From assembly GCA_021432655.1 (NCBI GenBank), contig MU271224.1:87084-136493 (forward strand): a stretch of 49,410 nt of DNA, in the 5' to 3' direction. The translations under genes and the position numbers were made by a program. The notes beneath the pieces are model-generated. The model worked only from the letters and a program-made list of their open reading frames with translations, had not been told where the DNA came from and did no database searches. Source of the stretch: Atractiella rhizophila. Lineage: Eukaryota. Each line of letters opens with the position of its first letter. The stretch's first letter is position 1. Below are positions 39,338-49,410 of this stretch, one piece after another.

Positions 39338-40951
39338 ATGGCTGAAACCCCTATCAAAACCATGAAATATGGTGCATTCTTTCTGGTCTTATTACACGCT
39401 TAATACTCACATACGTATGCAGTGAACTTGGGAAAGTCTGGTCTCAAGGTCTCAAAAGTATGCACCAATATTCCTCATCCCATGCAGGTTGACAGCTTAC
39501 TGTGGAAAGGTGATACTCGGGTGCATGTCCTATGGGAGTAAGACATGGCAAAATTGGGTGCTAGAGGAAGAAGAAGGACTCAAGCATATTGAGCTAGCCT
39601 ATAAGTTAGGAATCAATACGTTCGAGTTCGTTTCTTCTTTCTGGTCGCACCGAGCCTTTCTCACAAGGGTACATGAGAATAGCACAGCAAATAGTAATCT
39701 CCTCCATTGCGCTCTCGATTAAGCTGAATGAACGGAACGCAGTGTATTCCAATGGAGAATCTGAGATCATTCTCGGAAAGGCTCTTAAGAGATTGCAGAT
39801 CCCTCGCGAAAAGGTCGTGATCATGACGAAGGTCAGGAGTTTTACTCCCCATCGACCAAATTTCAAGTGTACTTGTCAGATTTTCATGCCGCTGACCGAT
39901 CCTGAAGAGAAGGATGTCTTCGGCGTATACCAAGATCCTGATGGTCATGGGTATGCGAACCGGTGGGGACTTTCTCGTAAACACATCTTCGATGGCGTCC
40001 AGAGTGCCCTCAAGAGGTTGGATGTGGAATATATTGACGTCTTTCAGTGTAAGTATCATGTTAACTGTCATTATTTAACTGCTAATCGCGACTAAAGGCC
40101 ACAGATTTGACCCCCTTACTCCTATCGAAGAAACCATGCATGCTTTGAACGATGTCGTGCGATTGGGTTGGGTCAGGTATACTTTCGAATCACTATCGCA
40201 CCCCCCAAATTGATCGCAGAATAGGTACATTGGGATGTCATCTTGTTTTGCTTATCAATTTCACGCCATGGTATGTTCGCTCTCTAGTCAGCCACCTAAC
40301 TTACTGGGGTCGTCTCAGCAAAACTACGCGATCACGAACAATCTTACTCCTTTTATCTCCATGCAAAACTGTTATTCGGCGTTATACAGGGAAGAAGAAA
40401 GAGAAATGATGCCGTTGCTTAAAACTTTGGGAGTGGGAAGCATTCCTTGTGCGTTCCTCATATCTACGGTGTCTCCCAGTGATAATTTCTGTCATCAGGG
40501 TCCCCTCTGGCTCGCGGTTTTCTCTGTCGACCCTGGAGCGCTCCATCAGCCACGGGGAACCGGGATAAAGAAGATTACTTTAGTCAACTAATGCTTCAGT
40601 CCGGGACGTCTGAGAGTAACAAGGCCATCATTGATGCTGTGGAAGCTATTGCTAAAGAAAGAGGTGTAAAGGTAAACAAACATCACGCGTGGGAAGGACT
40701 CTGAGTGTAAATTTAGATGGCACAAGTGGCGTTTGCATATGTAGCAAATCACGAAGCTGTCGCAGCTCCTATTGTGGGTACGACGAACATCGATAGTCTA
40801 AAGGAATTGGTGGATGCCGTTCATATTGAGCTGACAAAGGCATAGTCTCCCTCGTCCATAGAGTAGCATATACTGAATGTCGCCACAGGAAGAAATCCAG
40901 AGAATCGAGGCTCCTTATGTTCCCAGGGCTGTTTTCGGTTTGACTGCCTAA
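39338..40951 (+). CDS. Aldo-keto reductase (aryl-alcohol dehydrogenase/YajO-like); many exons
   Basis: [100 protein letters not shown]. Confidence 0.93.
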
Positions 40952-42272
40952 ATTGCAAGAATCGTGCAGTACCTGGGTAAAAGAACGCGCTCTGTGTGTG
41001 ATTGCTGTACACGATACCACAAGCAATATAGCTCAATGATATCCCTCTGCCTCTTGCACAAAAGATCCATTCCAAATTCAATCATGGACACCTACGAGAC
41101 AGATCTCATGCAGCCTATCTTTCACTTTTCCCACAGATTTTTACGAAGCTTCTTCAAGTGGTCACTCGCTCATCACAGGCTTCCGAAATCAATCTGCAAA
41201 ATGACCACTTCAAGCTTAGCAACAAAAGCTCCTTGAAACTCTCATAGCTCCTCCTCTACGTGAGTCGAACTACCTTATTGGTACTCCTCACGGTGAAAGT
41301 TGTGCAAACGGTGCAGCCATCATCGAAATTAGTGTCACCGTGGGTTGGGAGGAAGTGGAATCGGAATAGCACGAGCACGAGCAGAAACGCGAGAAGAAAA
41401 ATGATCTGCTAAACACCAACTGGAAACCTACTGCCAGGGTTGTCATGATGCGAACATTTGGCAACGCTCCCCTTCTTCTTGCTCGCAGGGATGGGAAGCG
41501 GAGGAGAAGGAAGAAGGCGTTACAGCAGGAGAGGGCGGCAAGGGGAAGCGAGTTTACATGGGGGGAGAATTGGATCATGGGGATAGGATTTGGCAGGATC
41601 TTAGGTGAAGTACTGGAACTCAGAGGAGTTGATAAAGAGTTCGAGGATGAGGGAAGACGACCAGAACTTGAAGCTCATTTTATCTGACAACACCGCGTAC
41701 GGAAGAGGACTGGGAAGATGACCTCCAGGGAGGAAGAGTCTCTGATATGAATATAGATGATGTCAAGTGGCGTTTGCATATTTAAATAACAAACTCTGAA
41801 GCTGTAATAATTCGTCGAGTAGTGGAAGCCTTTCATATCGAGCAGGCAAAGGTGCGTTCTTCCTCTTTTACAGCGTAGCAATAACATTTACTAAAGGTCG
41901 TCGCAGGAAGAAATCGCAGTATGTTCCTGTGGCTGTTGTCAGTCTAATGGCATAAATTGCGTGCATAAATGATGTGTCGCATGGGTATATGCACACATGT
42001 ACTCATATTCATGAAACTAAACACACCATAACATAACATTGTCCCAAAAATATTCCTTCAATCCATGACGTATAAAGGCATTGATCCAGTGCATCAAAGC
42101 TATTCACAAATTGGAATTGGGAAAGCTGGCGTGGCGTAGCAGACCGCGATGCAATTCCGTCAGGCCACAGGCACTGCGTCCAATTGTTTTGGAGTAGCCT
42201 GGAGTATAGGATGAGACCACCTTCATGTCACGCTGTCAGACCAAAGGTGAAAATCGGACTTTGACTTCCACA

Positions 42273-43991
42273 TCAGTCCTCCCTGCACTCTTCCCAAACT
42301 TTCGACCTTACATCCCGCTCACTCACTCCACACTGCCTCATCGTCCTCCTAGCAATCCCAATATGCTCCTCGTTCCACTCTCCAAAAAACAATAGAACAC
42401 TCAGTTTGCGTCCTTTCGTCCTTTTCTCCTCTTTAGCTGTAGTATCCTGTTCTTTGTTCGCGCCGCGAAGCCCAAAGAACCAGCAGACGAATTCTGGAAA
42501 ACCGAACCACTCCACCACACAATACGCAAGTTCGATACTCTTTATCATTACTGCATTTTTGAGAGTGCTGAAGAACTTAGGGGAAACAAGGTTAGAAGTT
42601 TCCGCGCCACCATCAAGGCAAAGTAAGGTAAGCTGTGTGAGTTGTGAAATGTCGAGCGGAGCAGTCAGAACGGAGATACTGCCATCGACAGAGTAAGGTG
42701 TGAGCTTGAGTTCGAGATCCTCGAGAAGGGGCGGGAGAGGGAAGCTTGAGAGGGACCGAGGGAGGGGACATAAATGGGATAGATTCAGGTGCAGGAGGGA
42801 GCGTGGGAGGGAAAGGGACGGGAGCGGCGGGTACCCGTGAAGCGTGAGGGACGTGAATCCAAGGGGTAATTGAAGGCCTGCTGATACTGTAGGGCTGACA
42901 GAGGAAGAGAAAGAGTCTTCCACAGCGTAAGCGCTGAGCCATCTGATCCTACCGCTCATCCTCTGCATAAAGTGCTCAACCTCCTCCTTCGTCCACTTTC
43001 TAGAACCCCTATCGCCAAAGGTCACTGTCTCCAACCATGTCAAGCCTTCAAGTGCATTCAGCACAAGCTTCACTTCCTCTTCGTTCCAAAACGCATCCAG
43101 CCAGACTTCCGTAACATTCGGTGAGCCTTCGATGACCTCTTTCACCATCCGAATACTGATATCTTGCCCAAACCGGAGTTGTCTCCATTGCCGACCCGCG
43201 CCAGGGTAGAGTTTCAAGCGAGCCAGCTTGGTTTTCGCTGAGGTAGGTTCTTTCCAATAAGCAGCTGAAACAGGTCTCCAAAGCAGACAGACGTCACGGA
43301 GCTTTGAAGCTGTATGGTAATAATCGCCGACTTCACTCGCGGCGAGGAAATCAAAGATGAGGGTTAGAAGTTCGATTGGGAGGCGCGATATAGAGCATGG
43401 GGCAACCCCGCAGCTTGGGGAGCACGAGAGCTGAATAAAGGTCGCGGCGTTTTGACTGAGGGATGGGACGGTTGATGAATTGTCATCACTGATACGCTCG
43501 AAGCACCGATCGTCTCTTGGGTATAGCAATGCAACGGGTGTGACGAGGGCAACAGCGCGATTTTCCGGGAGGACAGGAAATGTGCGACTGAACGGCTCGG
43601 CGTCTGGGGGAAGCTCATTTGAAACGTCGGATGCCTGCCTGTCGACTTCCCCAGAGGTTACGGTGATATTTTTCCAGTCGAATGCAACGCGTAGATTCGC
43701 AACACCAGTACTTTTGCCATTTTCTGCTGCAGCTTCGAGACAATCAAGTGAGAAAGAGGACAATTTCGACGCCACCTCAGCAGGAGTCTCGTCCGCGAAT
43801 CCAAGAGGCAAAACAAAGGTGATCCGAAGTTTGCTAACTGACAGAGAGAGCCGAGATAAAAATGAGGGAAGAATAGAAATCTGGAGTGAAGTACTCCGTT
43901 CTGAAGGGGTGATGAGGTTAGCCAGGGCGGTTAACTCTGGATCTTGCGAGGGCAAGCATGATATGGATATGGATGTTTGCTGCTCAATCAT
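42273..43991 (-). CDS. F-box-like protein with C-terminal LRR-like region; intronless
   Basis: ISRLPIELLTLIFDFL...KLRDVCLLWRPVS F-box signature in mid-protein, followed by LxxLxL repeats (LLHLNL, LEDLEL, LTLLCL). Confidence 0.7.
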   Translation of the reverse strand: MIEQQTSISISCLPSQDPELTALANLITPSERSTSLQISILPSFLSRLSLSVSKLRITFVLPLGFADETPAEVASKLSSFSLDCLEAAAENGKSTGVANLRVAFDWKNITVTSGEVDRQASDVSNELPPDAEPFSRTFPVLPENRAVALVTPVALLYPRDDRCFERISDDNSSTVPSLSQNAATFIQLSCSPSCGVAPCSISRLPIELLTLIFDFLAASEVGDYYHTASKLRDVCLLWRPVSAAYWKEPTSAKTKLARLKLYPGAGRQWRQLRFGQDISIRMVKEVIEGSPNVTEVWLDAFWNEEEVKLVLNALEGLTWLETVTFGDRGSRKWTKEEVEHFMQRMSGRIRWLSAYAVEDSFSSSVSPTVSAGLQLPLGFTSLTLHGYPPLPSLSLPRSLLHLNLSHLCPLPRSLSSFPLPPLLEDLELKLTPYSVDGSISVLTAPLDISQLTQLTLLCLDGGAETSNLVSPKFFSTLKNAVMIKSIELAYCVVEWFGFPEFVCWFFGLRGANKEQDTTAKEEKRTKGRKLSVLLFFGEWNEEHIGIARRTMRQCGVSERDVRSKVWEECRED

Positions 43992-44664
43992 TTTCAAGTT
44001 CTGAAAGAGTACGTCAGACTGTGGGCCATAGATTAATGCTTGTTACATGCGAAGAGAAAAGACGAGATAATCATGCCTGCATTATGCATTCTTCAGAATC
44101 TTCAGGACAGAATAGTCGAAACCCAGAACAAAGTGCTTGCGGGAGAACGGTAATGTGAACGCGTTCGGCCACACTCGGCTATCCACTTCGCGGCTGCACC
44201 GGTGGGACGTTCGACAGAGCTCCGGCATGACTTGTGGCAGAGAACTAACGCATAGTGAGGCGAGAGTGAGGAGATGAATACTAGGATTGAAGCATCTTCG
44301 CTTTATGTTCTTGCTAGGGTGTGCATATGCAGCAGAACATGCTGCAGAAATATCATTATCTCACGGAATGCTCACTTCTGTGAAGCATCTTGTGCACAAC
44401 ACGAATCGCCACCGTGGTGGCTCATAAACAATAACAACATTGATTGCTCTCCCTAACTCATGTACATTCTGACACTAGTACGGTAGATTGTGAACAACGT
44501 AGAAGTAGCCTAAGTGAGGCTTTGGAACTAGTCAGCTTCCAGTTTACAATAACACAGGACTCGGATCTGCTCGCATGATTGAATCTCTATTTCGCTATGC
44601 CAACGTCAATATTTGGGGTAAGAATTATAACAGGAAGACGACAAACGAGGTTCTGTCACAGTAA

Positions 44665-45369
44665 TTATCCCGTTTGAGACCCTGGTTCAGTACCGCTCTC
44701 AGAAATTTCGGCCGCTCCTTCTCTATGTCTACACAGTTTCCCCAGCATCAACAAAGCGGCCAATCCCTCCCTCTTGGTTCCTTCTTCCACATCTGAGTCC
44801 ACCACCGCCTCGAAAACGACCTTCACGCCATTTCGAAAATAAAGGATCGTCTTTAGATCGTCTTTCCCAAACTTGCCCCATTCCGCATCCTTTCCTTCTT
44901 CTTTGAGGATCTTGACAGTCACATCTTTCCTCAGAAACGCGGGGATAACAAGTACCTTTTCCTCCCATGTCTTTTCGATAGGTTCACCGAACCTCAACGG
45001 AAGGGTTTCCAGCACGTCGTCCATTTCAGCATGGAAATGGCCAGTGTCACCGCCAACCTCGCTCAAGAATCCAGCGACGTCATTGAAGACATGTTTCCAC
45101 ATCTCGTATCCCTCCTTACGCCACTCTGTCTGCAAATCCTCCGTGGAAGCGACTTCTGCAGCCTCTCGTTCCGAAGGGGAGAGGTGGGAGGCGGCACGAA
45201 CGTAATCCAACAGCGTTTCGGAAGATGTGGTGGAGGGGTTGACCAAGAAGGCATGTCGCAACAGAGTGCTAACGGTCACAATTGGCGCTTCATCGCTGAA
45301 GTCAACCTTGCGCGTGGCTGGAGTCCAAAGATCTTCCGCCGAACCGTCCAAAGTTCGTCCTGTGTGCAT
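44665..45369 (-). CDS. Hypothetical protein (~234 aa; upstream exon possible)
   Basis: Uninterrupted ORF with globular protein-like composition; no motif recognised. Confidence 0.6.
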   Translation of the reverse strand: MHTGRTLDGSAEDLWTPATRKVDFSDEAPIVTVSTLLRHAFLVNPSTTSSETLLDYVRAASHLSPSEREAAEVASTEDLQTEWRKEGYEMWKHVFNDVAGFLSEVGGDTGHFHAEMDDVLETLPLRFGEPIEKTWEEKVLVIPAFLRKDVTVKILKEEGKDAEWGKFGKDDLKTILYFRNGVKVVFEAVVDSDVEEGTKREGLAALLMLGKLCRHREGAAEISESGTEPGSQTG

Positions 45370-45857
45370 ATTCGAATCGTCTAGCTGGCTACCTGGCAAA
45401 CATCAGGGCAAAACGTCGTCAAATCACTTAGAACTAGGGAGCAGTTATGGCCTGAAACGGCAAACCTTGGTTGAAATGTGAGCGTTCGCTTTACAATGCA
45501 CTGGAAAGTGAGGTCCCAAACAAGTTCCTCGAGCTACGAGCTACAGGCTTGTAATACTAAGAGACTAGTCAACAGACCGTCCTGGAAATCAAGAGGGAAA
45601 CGTACTGACTACTACCAGGCAATAGTCCTGAGAAGCCGAACCCAATCCAACGTTCCCTCTTATACAGCTTCTTCACAATGGCTGTACAACAGCGAAGGCG
45701 TCCGACTCATCACTGCGAGTCACCGGGCACATTATCCGGTAGATACAAGAAGATCCACTTGCGCCATCGTCCCGTTGGGAGTAAGAATAATAAATTCCAC
45801 ATCAACCTTGTAGTCTTTTTCACATAAACAAACCGCGTGTAATCATCGAGTGTATTA

Positions 45858-46728
45858 TCAACCAATCCGATCAATCAGATCCTTCCCTCTCTCTGGGCTC
45901 TTGCTCCTTCCCCTTTGTCGCGATTTCCTTGAGCGCACACCAAAGGCTCATCAGCAACCAGCCCAATACGATCCAATGAAGGAAAAAGCGTACCCAGCTT
46001 GTGGTCCTGTGGGACGAACGAATGCAAAATCACATTTTATCACTTTATCCAACAATTTCGTCCCGCTCGCTCCTCTGATCGCATTCTCCGCTTCTCTTCG
46101 CGTCTCGTATTCCACCAACGCATACCCCTGTCACGTAACGATAAGTCCTTTAATCAATTTGCAGGAGGAGCAAGAAAGAAGGAGAGAGACCTTAACGTAT
46201 CCAGTCCGTCGATCCAGATTCAAGTGAAGGTTCTTAATCTCTCCATACTCTCCAAATTTGTCTTGCAAATCATCGTCCGATGCTTCCTCGTGCACACCGG
46301 TGACGAAAACAATCCATCCCTCCACCGCTATCGCACCAGAAAACAGTCAGAACGAGCATCAGTCAAGGAGCACTTCATAGGTTCGCCGAGGGATAATAGG
46401 AGTATAGACTTGAAAAGAAACTCACAACGAGCAGCCTGCCCCGAAATCTTGCTCTCAAATCCCCCTGCCTCCTTCACCTCTTCCTTCTCCTCCAACCTAT
46501 CGTAAACAGCTGCCGACTCAAGGATGTCCCTTTCGCCTTTCCATTACACCCATGCAAACAAACCAAAACCAAGCCAGCCAGAGCCAATGTCAGAATCGAC
46601 ACCAAGGCAAAACACCACACCGTGAACATTTGTCGGAGGAAAGACATACCTCCGCCTGATTTAAAGCCACGTCCTTTACGCCTCACGGAAGGCTCGTCAA
46701 TGTCCATGCGCTCTTGGTCTACGTCCAT
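45858..46728 (-). CDS. RBM8A: Exon junction complex RRM protein Y14/RBM8A
   Basis: [57 protein letters not shown]; short RS-rich tail. Confidence 0.95.
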
Positions 46729-47197
46729 CTTTCGGTTCTGCTGGTGAGGAAAGAAACTTGGTTGGTTCTCTCTAGATCGTGGTTGCGCAGGATAGCGCGG
46801 GGAGACGCGTGCACGCCCTGGCTGGACGATAATCAAGACTAACTTATTCTTCTTGTTGATTGGACATCTGAAGAGCCTTGCCTGCCAACTATGGGCTACA
46901 AAACAAGCTTATGTCAGGAGGATTGCTAATATATCTATTAATGACATCTGGTTGGAAGGAATTTACAATCAGGGTAAGAAGTGATGAATCAATCGCGGAG
47001 AAAGGGACGGAGGCAGTCCAGTAAAGGGGGACCTTGAGCAGAGGTAGGTAGAAAGGTAGAAAGGTAGATGTAATGAGAGAACAAGGGAAACGATAAACCG
47101 TACACAACATTCTTCCAGCCATGCAGCCCAATCCTGTCCATCTCCACCTCCACCTCCAACATAAAGACGCACGAACACCAGGTTCGGGTTCTCATTC

Positions 47198-48564
47198 TCA
47201 ACGCCTCGCGAGCTACACGGCACAATGCGTCAGCTTACTCTCTTCTAATGCGGCATGCCCTAAAAAGGGAAAGGAAAATGGAGGAGAAAAGACATACGTT
47301 CCCACTAAGCCTCAACTCATAACCCAACAACTGAGGCTGTTTATCTCCCCTATAGATATTATGATGCCTACACAATTCTTCCCTCAGCTGGCCAGCCATA
47401 TCCATCCTGCCAATCACTATTCCCATCACGTCCTTGAGCGTCTGGGTCGAGGTCGCCGTGGGAAACATGGTGAGAATCACTAAATCATATTGTCATCAGC
47501 TGGCTCTTGCTTATGCAACTTAAGCCGAAAAAAGGAAGAAAAGGAAGGATGGATGACGAACTTCCAGGCATGGCTACGACCTCGTCTTTCTCAACGGGTA
47601 TCGGTATCCTCTTCAGCCCTGGGAGCATGAGGTGGAGGTGAGCGGACTTGGGGAGAAGCCTTCCATCAGAATCACACGCCGAACCCGACAATCTACATCA
47701 GCGACGGATTATGCCAGGTGGGAGGAGGAAATCTCACATGTTCACTCGTCCCCATTCAGGAATGGTAGAGTTCCAAGTGGCCGTGTCGACGAAGGGTACC
47801 ATTTTTCGGAACATATTCTGGTCTCGCCCCATCAGCTTCTCCTTTGCAGCAGATAGTATAGAGGGCAGTGGATGGGGAAGGAAACGTACAGCCCACATGT
47901 CAGGTAGGTCTTCTCTCTGCAGCCGGTACACAAGGAATTGAGTTGGTTAAAAGTGAAGGAGGAAGATGGGAGACGAACGATGGTGATGTTGAAGGACCAT
48001 TCTCTCGGCTTATTCGTCCCGATCGCGTATGTTATGACCTTCATGATCATGACGCTAGGTCCATCGATGCGCAGATAGCCTGTAAACATATTCATCAGAA
48101 TTAGGAATCGTTTCAGAGGAGATGAGGCGAAGGAAAGGCGGACCGCCGACATATTGCGGTGGGACAGAGGAAACCATCTCACGGATAGCCCTCACGTCCT
48201 CCCTCACGTTCTTAACCTCATTCTTCGTCTTCTCCACATCCTCCGCTATCCGTTCCACCTTGGCACGCACCGATTGATCCTGCTCCCCATTCGCAGCTGT
48301 TGACATTCACGCGACGAGTCAGCATATATATAAGATGATGCGTTCTGTCGTTTGAAGGAGGATAGACTACTGACTGATGAACGGTGGTGGTTGCGCATAA
48401 TGTCCTGGCCTGAGGAGATCGAGTAGGAACTTGACATCGTCTCGTAGAGCTCGGACGTCAGAGCGAAGGAAGGAGACATCGCCTTCGATACCTACGAGTC
48501 GCAGTGAGGCTTCTTCTTCCCTTGCATCGCCATTCGAAGTGACGTTGTGCGAGTCGTTTCCCAT
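47198..48564 (-). CDS. Hypothetical multi-exon protein with two N-terminal coiled-coil repeats; 3' end uncertain
   Basis: ORF pieces at 48367, 48055, 47832, 47734, 47485 and 47235 can be joined by GT-AG introns with branch-point-like sites; no family recognised. Confidence 0.6.
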
Positions 48565-49410
48565 GCTTCCTACCCTATCTTCTTGTTCTTGTTCTTGTAG
48601 CCAAGTAATTCTTTCCAGTGGTTATCCTAACCTGTATAGCTATCCCACTTCGCTCCTAGCTCCTCTGATGTGGCTCTGGTGTATAGCTTATTGTAGTGAT
48701 AATCAGCGAGAATAAGGCGAGAACAGGCAGGAGAAGGAGAGACGGAAAGCAAAGTCAGAAAGTAATAAAGTCGGGGACGTGCCGCCAGACTCGGAGGTGT
48801 GCGCGAGTAACGCAGGATTTAAGACGCCGAGCGAGGTGGAGACAGCGCCTTTCGTTGTCCCTACAATGGCCATTCTATTACACCACAGCTGTCGCGCGTT
48901 ATCTGCTTAGCTTCCTTTATCTCGCCTGGTTTGTTGCTGCGGTCACAAGCCTGAGGGGAACTTTAGATTCGCCGCTTTCTGCCAGCATGAGATAATCATG
49001 GCGGCGTTGTGTATGGACTCACTGCCGGTGTTGTCGCAGATAAATCAATAATCCATCCATTTCTTGTGAAGCGCAAGGTAGAAAGGAGCCAAAACAGGAA
49101 TACTGAGCTGGAATCATGATATCTCCAACTCCTGATTATGTCCAAATCAAAACCGTGAGCAAATTTACGCTCTCCACACTGGAGCAGTCGCCATCGCCAA
49201 CATGATACGCAGGCGGTATCTCCCAACCTACTGCTCCCTCCCCAAAATAACAATCCAACTTCCCCTCCGAATAGCACCCAGACGCCTAGACGCTACCCGC
49301 TTTGTTTTATGTCCATTCAAATTGTATTTATGTCCAGCGACTACCTCACGTCCCTCTGAGTATACCGGGTAAGCGGGATCCGGTCTGTATCCATCGGTCT
49401 TCACTTTCGT

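Noticed and set aside
42124..42200. tRNA-like start gctggcgtggcgtagc (A-box-like)
   Set aside because: No T-loop GTTC motif or cloverleaf follows.
26355..46728. Secondary-metabolite or functional cluster among GH55, COQ6, Sfk1, AKR and Y14
   Set aside because: No backbone enzyme, and the functions are unrelated housekeeping roles.

Overview
Gene-dense, intron-rich eukaryotic DNA from a fungus. Short ~45-75 nt GT-AG introns, micro-exons and the gene content suggest a basidiomycete; the taxon cannot be fixed from sequence alone. I reconstructed about 18 spliced gene models by eye. They include a Ubp12/USP4-15-like deubiquitinase, an SSU1/TDT-family transporter next to a Zn2Cys6 transcription factor whose zinc cluster the ORF track misses, an Nnf1-like kinetochore protein, a GH55 exo-beta-1,3-glucanase, COQ6, a Sfk1/Frag1/DRAM protein, an aldo-keto reductase, an F-box-like protein, Y14/RBM8A and several hypotheticals. 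Three things stand out. (1) A local family of 7-TM membrane proteins (RTA1/DUF3112-like, all ending in ..AGYF) has three diverged paralogs. Their TM3-TM4 loop carries a symmetric extra exon with 2, 1 or 0 copies of a 'Q-x3-P-x-W-[GS]-[DN]' motif. (2) A ~3.4 kb near-identical tandem duplication (19014-25806) leaves the third paralog as one full-length but frameshifted copy and one in-frame but truncated copy; it may be real or a haplotype/assembly artefact. (3) Several unusually long introns are candidate ncRNA or regulatory hosts. No rRNA, tRNA, CRISPR or recognisable transposon was found. All exon boundaries and family calls are manual, with no database searches.
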